A stretch of 41,369 nt of DNA, from the NCBI GenBank assembly GCA_965234725.1, contig CBDDUX010000018.1:1-41369 (forward strand). The letters run 5' to 3'. Below, in pieces: positions 28,431 to 38,600 of the stretch (positions are counted from its first letter, which is position 1; each line of letters opens with the position of its first letter). The notes beneath the pieces are model-generated. The model was given only the letters and a program-made list of their open reading frames with translations. It did no database searches and was not told the DNA's origin. The stretch comes from Thermoplasmatota archaeon (GTDB lineage Archaea > Thermoplasmatota > Penumbrarchaeia > Penumbrarchaeales > Penumbrarchaeaceae). A program made the position numbers and the translations under genes.

Positions 28431-30569
28431 ATGACTTCCAGTACTCGTAAGGCAAAGAAAAAGGCCGAACATAAGCCATCGATCCCGGATAAACCCGATG
28501 AGATCTCTTTGGATGACAGATCATTGTACATCAACAGGGAGCTTAGCTGGCTTGAGTTCAACAGCCATGTCTTGGAAGAAGCATTAAGCGAATCCCATCC
28601 ACTCCTGGAAAAGGCCAAGTTCTTGTCCATCACCCACAGCAATCTGGATGAGTTCTTCATGGTCAGGGTTGCTGGCCTTATGAGACAGATGAAAAAAGGA
28701 GCCCTTCGCCCTCCTCCAGACGGTCTAACTCCACAGGAACAGCTTAGAAGGATCCGGTTGAGGGTCCAGGAAATGATAAAGAAGGCAGATACTAGCTGGA
28801 AGATGAAACTCCTTCCCCAGATGAAAGCCGAGGGTATCGAGATATGCGGGGTGAAGGACCTAAAGGACCATGAGAAGGAGCAGCTACGGAGCTATTTCGA
28901 GGATCATATTTTTCCCACATTGACCCCCCTTGCAATGGATCTTGCACATCCATTTCCCTTCATTTCCAATCTCAGCCTGAATCTTGCTGTGGTGATCAAG
29001 GGAATGAAGAAGGGTGAGAAATATGCCAGGATCAAGGTTCCCACAGACCTGTTTCCAAGGTTCATCAAGGTCCCCGGAAGTGGCGAGGGGAAGAAGAATG
29101 AGAGATTGATACTTCTTGAGGACCTCCTGGCATTGAACCTTGATATGCTGTTTCCCGGAATGACGATAATCAGCTGCTTTCCCTTCAGGATCACCCGAAA
29201 TGCCGAAATAGAGATAGAGATAGATGAGGCATCCGACCTTCTGACCGCCATTGAGGATTCGATCGATACGCGTAGGATCGGACGACCGATCAGGCTTGAG
29301 GTAGAGGAATCCATTCCAGATGACCTGCTGGGTCTCTTTGCAAGGAACCTGCTCATCGAACAGGATCAGGTTTACCGCATGTGCATTCCACTTGGACTTT
29401 CTGACCTCATGCAGCTTCAGAAATTGGATAGGCCAGACCTCAAGGATACGCCATTCTTACCATTCAAACCCCCCCGTTTCAAGAAGGAGGAGGATATTTT
29501 CCTCGAGATCAGCAAAAAGGACCTTCTCCTCTACCATCCTTATGACAGTTTCGAATTGGTGATCAAGTTCCTGGAACAGGCTGCTGAGGACCCTGATGTC
29601 CTTTCTATCAAGATCTGCCTTTACAGGGTTGATCCGAAATCCAGGGTCATCAAAGCCCTGCTGGATGCCAGAGAGAACGGCAAGGCCGTGGCTGCAATAG
29701 TAGAATTGAAGGCCAGGTTCGATGAGGAGAACAATATCAACTGGGCCAGAGCTCTGGAGCGTGAAGGTGTTCATGTTGTTTATGGTCATAACGATTTCAA
29801 GGTCCACGCAAAGATGTGCCAGGTCGTCAGGAAGGAAGGGGATGGGATCTCAAGGTACACCCATATCAGCACCGGTAACTACAATGCCGCAACAGCCAGA
29901 GTATATGCGGATATCGGTTATCTCACGGCTGACAATGAGACAGGTGAGGATGTCACCCGGCTTTTCAACTATCTTACGGGGTATTCCTCGATGGAGGATT
30001 TCAAGAGGTTGATCGTGGCTCCCAGAATGATCAGGACTGGTATGATCGAGCGGATAGAAAGGGAGATCTCCCTCCACAAGAAGAACGGTGGAGGATACAT
30101 CGCAATGAAGATGAACCAGCTGGTCGACAGGGATGTGATCAAGGCTTTGTACAAAGCTTCAATGGAGGGGGTGAAGGTGGACCTCAATGTCCGTGGTCTT
30201 TGCTGTATCAGACCCGGGATGCCCGGGATCAGTGAGAACATTTCGGTCACATCAATAGTTGGAAGGTTCCTTGAACATGCCCGGATCTATTATTTCAGGA
30301 ATGATGGGGACGGCGAGATCATTATCGGAAGCGCCGATATGATGCCTAGAAACCTGGATAGAAGGGTTGAGGTCCTCTATCCCATAGAGATGCCAAAGAT
30401 CAAGAAGGACCTCTTTAACAAGATACTCCAGGCTCATCTTGGTGATAATGTGAACTCCTGGAAACTCAAACCTGATGGTGTCTATGAGAAGGTAGTCGTT
30501 GGGAAAGGAGAGGAGATCAGAGATTCCCAGAAATGGTTGATAGAGAACAGGGGCCAATGGTGCAAGTAG
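28431..30569 (+). CDS. ppk1: Polyphosphate kinase 1
   Basis: YINRELSWLEFN, SNLDEFFMVRVAG, HPFPFISNLSLN, HPYDSF, VELKARFDEENNI, KVHAK (phospho-His), STGNYN, GRFLEHARI, SADMMPRNLDRRVE. Start revised to ATG 28431. Confidence 0.96.
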   Translation: MTSSTRKAKKKAEHKPSIPDKPDEISLDDRSLYINRELSWLEFNSHVLEEALSESHPLLEKAKFLSITHSNLDEFFMVRVAGLMRQMKKGALRPPPDGLTPQEQLRRIRLRVQEMIKKADTSWKMKLLPQMKAEGIEICGVKDLKDHEKEQLRSYFEDHIFPTLTPLAMDLAHPFPFISNLSLNLAVVIKGMKKGEKYARIKVPTDLFPRFIKVPGSGEGKKNERLILLEDLLALNLDMLFPGMTIISCFPFRITRNAEIEIEIDEASDLLTAIEDSIDTRRIGRPIRLEVEESIPDDLLGLFARNLLIEQDQVYRMCIPLGLSDLMQLQKLDRPDLKDTPFLPFKPPRFKKEEDIFLEISKKDLLLYHPYDSFELVIKFLEQAAEDPDVLSIKICLYRVDPKSRVIKALLDARENGKAVAAIVELKARFDEENNINWARALEREGVHVVYGHNDFKVHAKMCQVVRKEGDGISRYTHISTGNYNAATARVYADIGYLTADNETGEDVTRLFNYLTGYSSMEDFKRLIVAPRMIRTGMIERIEREISLHKKNGGGYIAMKMNQLVDRDVIKALYKASMEGVKVDLNVRGLCCIRPGMPGISENISVTSIVGRFLEHARIYYFRNDGDGEIIIGSADMMPRNLDRRVEVLYPIEMPKIKKDLFNKILQAHLGDNVNSWKLKPDGVYEKVVVGKGEEIRDSQKWLIENRGQWCK

Positions 30570-32839
30570 GGCTTGAAATGGCTGCAGCAGATTGTATTAC
30601 GGAAGCTGGATATGGGTCTGGATCGGTCCTTGGCTATGTCACCCAGATCGAAAAGCATATCGATGGAGCAATCACAGGAGAGGATCCGGAAGATGTTCAT
30701 AAGGCCAGGACCAACTCCAGAAGGCTGAGGACCGCGCTTTCCGTATTCCGTGATATCTTTGATGGGGCCGAGGAATGGATCTTAGAGACAAAGAAGATGA
30801 TGAAAGGTCTTGGAAAAGCAAGGGACCTCGATGTGAGGATCATCAAATTGGACCAGTGGCTCTCACTTGATGAGAACAAAAGGTATTACCTGGTCCTGAA
30901 GGGGATGAGGGACCTCTATTTCGATCAACGTATCAATGAGCAGGAAATGGTCAAAGCCTCTCTTAATGATGCGATCAGAAGCGGATTTCTGGAGGAGATC
31001 AGGACCTCTCTCATTGAATTTGAGCAACCCGCGGTAAAGAAAGGTCCTTACCCGTTTTCCCTTTATAAAAGGGCCAGGAATGATATCTCCGGAAGGGTGG
31101 ATGGACTGAAGAAGCTTTCAGATTGTGTCCATGTTGAGGAAGCTTACACGAAACAGCACAGGTTGAGGATCGCGGCAAAGAACCTCAGATATTCCCTGGC
31201 ACTTTTCAGCGGGATCTATGCGGGTGGTCTTTCCAGGGAATTGGAGGCACTCGTCCGGCTCCAGGATTCAGCAGGAGAGATGCATGACCTTGATGTATGG
31301 ATCGAGGAGATCGGAAAGGTCCTCGAGAGATCGAAAGATGGGGGAGATGGTGTATTTAAGGGGAGGGAGGACGAACTCAATGAGTTCGCATCCCATCTGA
31401 AGAAGAGAAGAGATGAGGAATATTCCAGGTTCGTGGAGGTTTGGGAAGGGATCGATAGGGATAGGATACTCCCAGAACTGGAGGAGACGATCCGGATCAC
31501 CATGAAATTGAACTCGAATGTGGGCAGGATCGCGGTCATTTCAGATGTTCATGCAAACAAACATGCGCTTGAAGCAGTTATTCGGGATGCAGAAGGAAAG
31601 GGTGTAGAATGGTTCCTCAATGCAGGGGATATCGTTGGTTACGGAGCATATCCAAATGAAACTGTTGAGATCTGCACGGGAAAGCATCACGTTCCTATCT
31701 CTGGTAATATCGATCGTGAAGTGATCGGATCTGATGATGAAGGAGAAGGTCTCAAATGGAAGGCCCTTAGGTATGCAAAGGAGGAGCTTTCTAAAAGGAA
31801 CATCCGAAGACTTGTGGAACTTCCGGATAATAGAAGCATAAAGGTGGGAGATAAGGACATCCTCCTTGTCCACGGCAGTCCGGATTCACCGGAAGAACAT
31901 CTTAAGGCCTCCACTCCTGAAAAAAGGTTCAAAGAGATCGTAAAAAAGGCTCCGTTCGATCTGATCATATGCGGACATACCCACGAGCAGTTCTCAAAGA
32001 TTTTGAAAGAGACCCTTTTCCTCAATCCGGGAAGCGTGGGAAGGAATGCTGAAGGAACCGCATATGCACAGTATGCTTTGATCGATATTGATACGCTGTC
32101 TTTCGAGATGGTCAACATCGATTATGATATATGGGGCGCTGTCAGGGCATTACGAGAGAGGGATCAGCCTGAGGAATTCGCAAGGATGATCTTAGGTGGA
32201 TCAGTATTGAAAGATGTCCAGAGTGAGGAGGAGAGGCTGCTTCATGAAAGGTCCAGGATCGGGACCAAGGACCTGGAGAGTATATCTCTTGGATACAACC
32301 AGGACCTTGAACATTCAAAGCAGGTAACGAAGATGTCTCTTATGATATTCGATGCCCTTATGCGCCTTCATGGACTGGGTGAGAGAGAAAGGTGGCTCCT
32401 GGAATGCGGTTCTCTACTGCATGATATCGGTTGGAGTATACCGGAAATACCCCATCACAAGGGGTCCATGGAATTGATCTTGAACGATACACGGTTGACT
32501 TTCACGATAAAAGAACGGTACTTGATAGCATCAATAGCAAGATACCATAGAGGGTCTCTTCCTTCCAAGAAACATTACAATTATCGTTACCTGAACGAGG
32601 AGGATTCGGTAATAATGAACAAGCTGGCCTCGATCCTGAGGGTCGCTGATGGTCTGGACTGCTCACACCGTAGTATCGTCGAAGATATCACGGTGAATAT
32701 CCTCGAGGATAATGTGAATATGATCTGCTTGACAGAAGCAGATCCCTCCCTGGAAGATGAGAAAGTAAATGGAAGCAAGAAGGACCTCTTTGAGAAGGTA
32801 TTCCGGAGGGAGCTAATATTGAAGTGGGATCGGACCTGA
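30557..32839 (+). CDS. CHAD + calcineurin-like metallophosphoesterase (YfcE-like) + Ppx-type HD domain fusion
   Basis: CHAD: DPEDVHKARTNSRRLR, GKARDLDV, HRLRIAAKNLRY, LQDSAGEMHDLDV. MPE: ISDVHAN, AGDIVGYG, GNID, HGSP, GHTH, NPGSVG. HD: EHSKQV, LLHDIG, HHK, ARYHR, LRVADGLD. Start 30557 or 30578. Confidence 0.88.
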   Translation: MVQVGLEMAAADCITEAGYGSGSVLGYVTQIEKHIDGAITGEDPEDVHKARTNSRRLRTALSVFRDIFDGAEEWILETKKMMKGLGKARDLDVRIIKLDQWLSLDENKRYYLVLKGMRDLYFDQRINEQEMVKASLNDAIRSGFLEEIRTSLIEFEQPAVKKGPYPFSLYKRARNDISGRVDGLKKLSDCVHVEEAYTKQHRLRIAAKNLRYSLALFSGIYAGGLSRELEALVRLQDSAGEMHDLDVWIEEIGKVLERSKDGGDGVFKGREDELNEFASHLKKRRDEEYSRFVEVWEGIDRDRILPELEETIRITMKLNSNVGRIAVISDVHANKHALEAVIRDAEGKGVEWFLNAGDIVGYGAYPNETVEICTGKHHVPISGNIDREVIGSDDEGEGLKWKALRYAKEELSKRNIRRLVELPDNRSIKVGDKDILLVHGSPDSPEEHLKASTPEKRFKEIVKKAPFDLIICGHTHEQFSKILKETLFLNPGSVGRNAEGTAYAQYALIDIDTLSFEMVNIDYDIWGAVRALRERDQPEEFARMILGGSVLKDVQSEEERLLHERSRIGTKDLESISLGYNQDLEHSKQVTKMSLMIFDALMRLHGLGERERWLLECGSLLHDIGWSIPEIPHHKGSMELILNDTRLTFTIKERYLIASIARYHRGSLPSKKHYNYRYLNEEDSVIMNKLASILRVADGLDCSHRSIVEDITVNILEDNVNMICLTEADPSLEDEKVNGSKKDLFEKVFRRELILKWDRT

Positions 32840-32840
32840 T

Positions 32841-33635
32841 CTATATTGAGAGCTCAAGGTTCAGGATCTGAAAGAATTCTTCCCTTGCATGTTTCTCGGT
32901 CCAGGGACGATGTCCGCAGTTGCTCAAGAGATGGAATGTGGAGTTGGGAATCATACTTTCTATGGGTACTTTCACCCCTTCATAAGGATGAGGATCTTGA
33001 TCCCCATGGATAACAGTGACGGAACCTGTGATACTTTTTCCGGACCTGAGAAGTGTTCCGGATCTTCTCAGGGAGACCGCTTCTTTCCATACCTTTGAGT
33101 TGATAGTTGGGTCCAGCTCGAGAACTGGTCTTTCGAGGTTATCTATTCTATCGAAGCTGTCTGCTTTTTCCATCAGGTATGCGAACCTTGCAAAAAGGAC
33201 AGATCCCATGTTCTCTGAGAAGAGGACAGAATTGATCCTTTTCACCTCTTTCCTCTCATCTAAGGATAATCTTGACATCCTTCTTCCCATTATTGATAAG
33301 GAGGCCTTTTCCTCGAAGGGAGGGGGACTGACAAGGATTATCTTCGAGAACAATGTGGGATATCTGGATGCAGTAAGCCATGTGAGCCAGGCTCCCCAGG
33401 AGAATCCCAATATGGTGATCGGTGGATCTGCGTTCTTTTTGATACTTTCTACCAGTTCCTCGATCTGACCCGTAACAGAGTCCGCTCTTTGAAAAGGTTC
33501 GATCACACCTATCTTCTTTGATAGAACTTTGGAGAGGTATTCGAGTTCTCCTGCAGCTCCGGGACCACCGTGGACGAGGACGACCCTGTATGGAGGGTCT
33601 CCATGGAGACGGGTTTTGGTTTTATTTTCAGACAT
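32841..33635 (-). CDS. Alpha/beta hydrolase
   Basis: LVHGGPG, nucleophile GFSWG, IHGDQD, CGHRPW. Confidence 0.9.
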   Translation of the reverse strand: MSENKTKTRLHGDPPYRVVLVHGGPGAAGELEYLSKVLSKKIGVIEPFQRADSVTGQIEELVESIKKNADPPITILGFSWGAWLTWLTASRYPTLFSKIILVSPPPFEEKASLSIMGRRMSRLSLDERKEVKRINSVLFSENMGSVLFARFAYLMEKADSFDRIDNLERPVLELDPTINSKVWKEAVSLRRSGTLLRSGKSITGSVTVIHGDQDPHPYEGVKVPIESMIPNSTFHLLSNCGHRPWTEKHAREEFFQILNLELSI

Positions 33636-33651
33636 GTTCCACTTCCAAATG

Positions 33652-34116
33652 TCAAACCTTGCAGCTATTACCAGCCGCTCTTAACATTTTCTGTAGACCT
33701 TTTTCATCGGAGAAGCCGCTTCCTTCGAAGATGATATTCCCATCTTCGTCCAGAAGGTAAACGTATCCTTTTGATGTGTCAGTTATTCCAAGTTCCTTCC
33801 TGATATCCCCTGTTTGGCCGTAGTAAGTAGCGACGTTATCATGTTTCTTATTGGGAATTCCGGACCTCATCCCACTGTCTATGAAACCAGATACAAGCTT
33901 CCATATGGAGCCTTCGATCATTGGCACTTCGTATACCCCATCCTCCCTGCAAGCTCTCTCGAAAGGCTCAGTCCAAGAATCCAGCATCGATTGAGCTCCC
34001 CTCACGAATGCAACGGCTATGAGCGATACTTTTCCTGATGCGATCTCCGGAAATTGTACATCGTGTCCCGAAAGTGTCCTCGCATTCACTATCGGGAACT
34101 TCTTTCCCTCTGTCAT
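33652..34116 (-). CDS. ATP10-like thioredoxin-fold protein
   Basis: FPxVNARTLSG...SLIAVAF...QSMLDSW, GMRSGIP, GYVYLLDEDGNIIFEGSG resemble the ATP10 family. No CxxC. Start ATG 34116 or 34122. Confidence 0.7.
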   Translation of the reverse strand: MTEGKKFPIVNARTLSGHDVQFPEIASGKVSLIAVAFVRGAQSMLDSWTEPFERACREDGVYEVPMIEGSIWKLVSGFIDSGMRSGIPNKKHDNVATYYGQTGDIRKELGITDTSKGYVYLLDEDGNIIFEGSGFSDEKGLQKMLRAAGNSCKV

Positions 34117-34208
34117 GATCATGCAATCACACGATATGATATATCTTTTCCACAGGAAAGGTGATGTATGGGGAAAATCTCTTTTTATCAACAGGATCAT
34201 TTCCAGAC

Positions 34209-34781
34209 ATGGAGATCACCGAGACCTATCTCCCTGAAGGAAGAAAGGAGTGGAGAAGCTGGCTTGAAAAGAACAATAGGTCAAAGAAGGAGATCTGGGT
34301 CATCTATTACAAGAAACATACTGGTAAGAGTAAGTTAGATTACAATGAAACAGTGGAAGAGGCTTTATGTTTCGGTTGGATCGATGGGATCTTGAAGAAG
34401 CTGGATGAGGAAAGATATACGGTAAGATTCACTCCAAGGAGGAAGAGTTCAATTTGGTCGGAGACCAATATTGAAAGGGTAAGGAGAATGATCAAGGAAG
34501 GGAGAATGACAGAGGCGGGAAAGAGGGCTTTTGATGATATGGACCCGGATAAGGTGGATCCATCACTCTCCATTTCCGGGAGCAAGATAGTGGCCCCTCC
34601 GTACGTGGAAAAGATATTCAGAAAGAGAGGGATCATCGAGAGGTTCGAATCCCTTTCACCCAGCCACAGAAAGAGATACATTTACTGGATCACCACCGCC
34701 AAGAAGGAAGAGACCAGGATCAGAAGGGCAGAGAGGGCTGTTGATATGATCCTGGAAGAGAAGAACCCAGGATGGGATTAG
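34209..34781 (+). CDS. YdeI/OmpD-associated family protein
   Basis: EWRSWLEKN, EALCFGWIDG, FTPRRKSSIWS, WITTAKKEETRIRR. Start revised to ATG 34209. Confidence 0.9.
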   Translation: MEITETYLPEGRKEWRSWLEKNNRSKKEIWVIYYKKHTGKSKLDYNETVEEALCFGWIDGILKKLDEERYTVRFTPRRKSSIWSETNIERVRRMIKEGRMTEAGKRAFDDMDPDKVDPSLSISGSKIVAPPYVEKIFRKRGIIERFESLSPSHRKRYIYWITTAKKEETRIRRAERAVDMILEEKNPGWD

Positions 34782-34839
34782 ATATTTCAGCATACACTCT
34801 CAGGAAGAGGTTTTAATCCTGGATGATATTTATTGAAAT

Positions 34840-35550
34840 ATGAACATAGAGGAAGAGGTTGAAAGGATCAGGTCCGAACTCGAGGGACTGGTAGATGAGG
34901 AGAGAAGGGAGTGGGCCAAGGGTTACTATCCCACATCTTTCAAGGTTTTGGGAGTAAAGGTCCCGGATCAAAGGAAGGTCGTAAACTCTCTCAGGGACAG
35001 GATCAAAAACGAAAGCTCATTTGAGAAATTTGTTCTTGTAAAAGCCCTGGTGGATACAGAGATATTCGAATGCCAGCAGGTAGCGTATGAGATGATATCC
35101 AAGGATAAGAAGCTGAACTCCTCATTGGTGTTTAAAGATATTCTGGAATTGAGAAAAGGCCTCGACAACTGGATTTCCGTGGATACCTTCTCGGGATACA
35201 TCTCCGGCATAGCATGGAGGGAAGGCAGGATCAATGATGAGATAATAATGGAATGGGCTGGATCACCAGACAGATGGATCAGGAGGTCCGCACTGGTTTC
35301 AACCCTTGGATTGAATCAGAAGGCGAGAGGTGGAACAGGCGATACGAAAAGGACCTTGATGATATGCGACAGATTGAAAGCAGACCATGATGAGATGGTG
35401 GTCAAAGCGATGTCCTGGGCCCTTCGTGAGCTTTCAAAGACGGACTTTGAGGCTGCAAGGAGATTCCTTGAAGAGAATGAGAAGGTCCTTCACAAGAGAG
35501 TAGTTAGAGAGGTGAGGACCAAGTTGGAGACCGGTAGGAAGAACGGTTGA
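34840..35550 (+). CDS. DNA alkylation repair protein (AlkD-like, HEAT-like repeats)
   Basis: LGVKVPDQR, DNWISVD, WIRRSALV, VVKAMSWALRELSK. Confidence 0.85.
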   Translation: MNIEEEVERIRSELEGLVDEERREWAKGYYPTSFKVLGVKVPDQRKVVNSLRDRIKNESSFEKFVLVKALVDTEIFECQQVAYEMISKDKKLNSSLVFKDILELRKGLDNWISVDTFSGYISGIAWREGRINDEIIMEWAGSPDRWIRRSALVSTLGLNQKARGGTGDTKRTLMICDRLKADHDEMVVKAMSWALRELSKTDFEAARRFLEENEKVLHKRVVREVRTKLETGRKNG

Positions 35551-35673
35551 TCACCTTTTTATGATTTTCAATTTGAAATTAAAGGAACGGTAAAGGATGT
35601 ATTATTGATACAAATTAATCTTGGTAACTTTTAAATAAACGATATATTTTTACTTGATTAGTGAGGAGATGAG

Positions 35674-38600
35674 ATGAGGGAACATATTGGTTTGAAATTG
35701 ATTGCTTTAATAATAATTGTGAATCTCTCAATGCTCTGTATTATTGTTGAACCTGATCGGAATGTTGATTTCGTTAATGGATTTGAGAGTATTATTACAA
35801 GGTTTTCCGGAGGCGACGGGACACCGGAATCACCCCTCCAAATTACCAATATTACCGAGTTCCAGAATATCTCGGCTTTTCCTTATCTTTATTTTATACT
35901 GATGAATGATATCAATGGATCCGAAACTATATCATGGAATGGGGGGGAAGGATTCGAACCCATTGCCCCGGATAAAAATTCATATACACAAAAACATGAC
36001 GGGCCGAAATTCAACGGGACCTTCGAGGGAAACGGATTTTCTGTTAAAGGTGTCTGGATTAACATGTCGACTTCCAGGGACTACCTCTCGCTTTTTGGAT
36101 ATATTGGTAAGACGGGTAGGGTATGCAATCTGACAATTGAGAATATCTACATTGGTCGAAGTGATTATGCCGGAAGCATCTCAGGTTACAATGACGGCAC
36201 TATTATCAACTGCCATGCAAGCGGTGAAATAAACGCCACCTATTCATATCTGGGCGGTATGGTCGGGGAGAATCACGGGTTGATATCCGGATGCAGTTCG
36301 AATGCAACGGTCTCCGGTTCGAGCAAAATTGGAGGTCTGGTGGGGATCAACAGGGGTCAGATCCTCAATTCACATTCTATTTCAAATGTTACAGGGAACA
36401 ATTACTACACTGCAGGTTTTATAGGTAATAACTACGGACTTGTCCAGGATTGTTATTTCTATGGTAATGTTGCTGGAAATCGCGAAGAGGATGCTTTCAT
36501 AGCAATGAACACAGGTGAAGTCAGGAATTCCTTTTACTGTATCAACCTTACAACCTTGAACGGTCAGGTCCCACATTCTCCCTATGGAATATATCAGCAC
36601 CATTTCAAAAAATGGATGGAGAACGGTCTTGCCCTGGATGTTGATGATTATCTAAGCAAGATCCCGGTAACCGGTCAATATATCATCTCCTGCAAGGAAG
36701 ATCTGTGCAACATGATGCCCTTCACGTATTTGGGATTAAAATTCAAACAGACAAAGGACATCGATCTATCACAGATGAACCATTTCAATATTCCCGGCTT
36801 TTCGGCCATTGAATATGATGGTGATGATCATACTATCTCTTTGATAACAATATTCTCTCCTTACCTTGATGGGATCGGTCTCTTCGGGACGTTATCGGAA
36901 GGATCCGTTATAAAGAACCTCGTTTTAAAGGATGTCGATATATCAGGATTTGATTATACTGGCGGACTGGTGGGTAAATGTCATGGAACGATAAAGGATT
37001 GTTCAATGCAGGGATTTCCCAGCGGCAAGAAATATGTGGGGGGTATAGCCGGATATGTCAAGGATGGATCGATAATCAATTGTGAAGCTTCGGGATATGT
37101 GGCGGGCATAGAGTCTGTTGGAGGATTGATCGGAGGAAATTATAACGGAACCGTGGCAGGATCAAGGTCCGATACCCAGATCAACGGAGAGGGGAATTAT
37201 ATTGGAGGATTGATAGGATATAATGAGCCTTTGGAATACTGGAAGGGCCTTAATAAAGTCAGAACAGTAAAACGGTGCACATCATCAGGAAGCGTAACCG
37301 GGGTTGAAAGGGTCGGTGGTCTGATCGGATGGAACTTCGGATTGGTTGATTGGTGCAATTCCGACTGTGAGGTTGGAGGAACGACCTCTGTCGGAGGATT
37401 GATAGGGGAGAATTCTTATGGAAAGGTTGGTTTCTCATTTTTTAAGGGAGATGTGGAAGGAACCGGCAATTTCGTTGGTGGCATTGTTGGAAGGAACAAC
37501 AATGCCAGAGTAACGAATTCCTACAGTACGGGTGGTGTACAGGGGAAAAACTATGTCGGTGGATTGATAGGAACAAATAGTGAAGGTGATATTGAACTTT
37601 CAACCGCCCATGGGTTAGTAGACGGATTGGATTTCATAGGAGGTCTTGTCGGTGGCAATTCATATGGAGATATCAATAACAGCTATTCAACCGGACATGT
37701 GACCGGTCACAGCGGGGTAGGAGGTCTTATCGGTTCCGATTCCAGGTCACGGATAAAGTTCTGTTATTCAAGCGGCAAAGTTGAAGGAGCTGAAAAGGTT
37801 GGAGGATTGATCGGTTCATGCTATCATGAAGATCATGATGTCACTGGTTGTTTCTATGATATTGATACATCTGGTCAATCCACAAGTATAGGAGGGGAAG
37901 GAAAGACGACCGTTCAGATGAAAGAAGTTGTGACATACAAAATACCCGGTTGGGATTTCTTAAATACTTGGGCCATTGAGGGTGGAAAGAATAGACCTTT
38001 CCTGCAGCATTTGGACTATTCTTCGATGATAGTAGGGGTAAATCAGCCAATAGCCTATGTCCTGGATCGATATGTCATTGATTACAATATATCCGCTACA
38101 TTCGGGGGACTCCCTTCTACCTATGAGTGGAAACTTGTAACAAATGCGGGAACCTGGATGATCATCAATTCGGAAGGGATACTCAGTGGTACGCCTAGGA
38201 TGGGTACAGAAGGTGAATATTCGATAAACATCACCATTTCAGCTGCGAGTATGGTTTTTACCTACAACCAGTTCACTTTGACGGTTGTCGACCTCCTGGA
38301 TACACTGGAGATCACAACGAAACCATTTGAAAAAATTCTGGAAGATGATCATTACTATCTTGAATTCGAAGTTGAAGACACAGGACCCGATCCGAAACCT
38401 CTTCTTTGGAATATGGAAACCAATGCCAATTTTCTTCACTTTCTTGCTTCCGCAGCCATACTGGAGGGAGATCCTTCGAATGATGATGTGGGAACATACT
38501 GGATTAATATCTCCGTTACGGATGGTATAGAGAGGAATACATCCGTAAATTTCACATTGATCGTTGAAAATGTTAATGATAACCCTATAATACTCACAGA

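Noticed and set aside
17899-35550. ogt, mmcQ/yjbR, ydeI and alkD-like genes as one alkylation-defence island
   Set aside because: They are dispersed among unrelated housekeeping genes, and no shared regulatory motif was seen.
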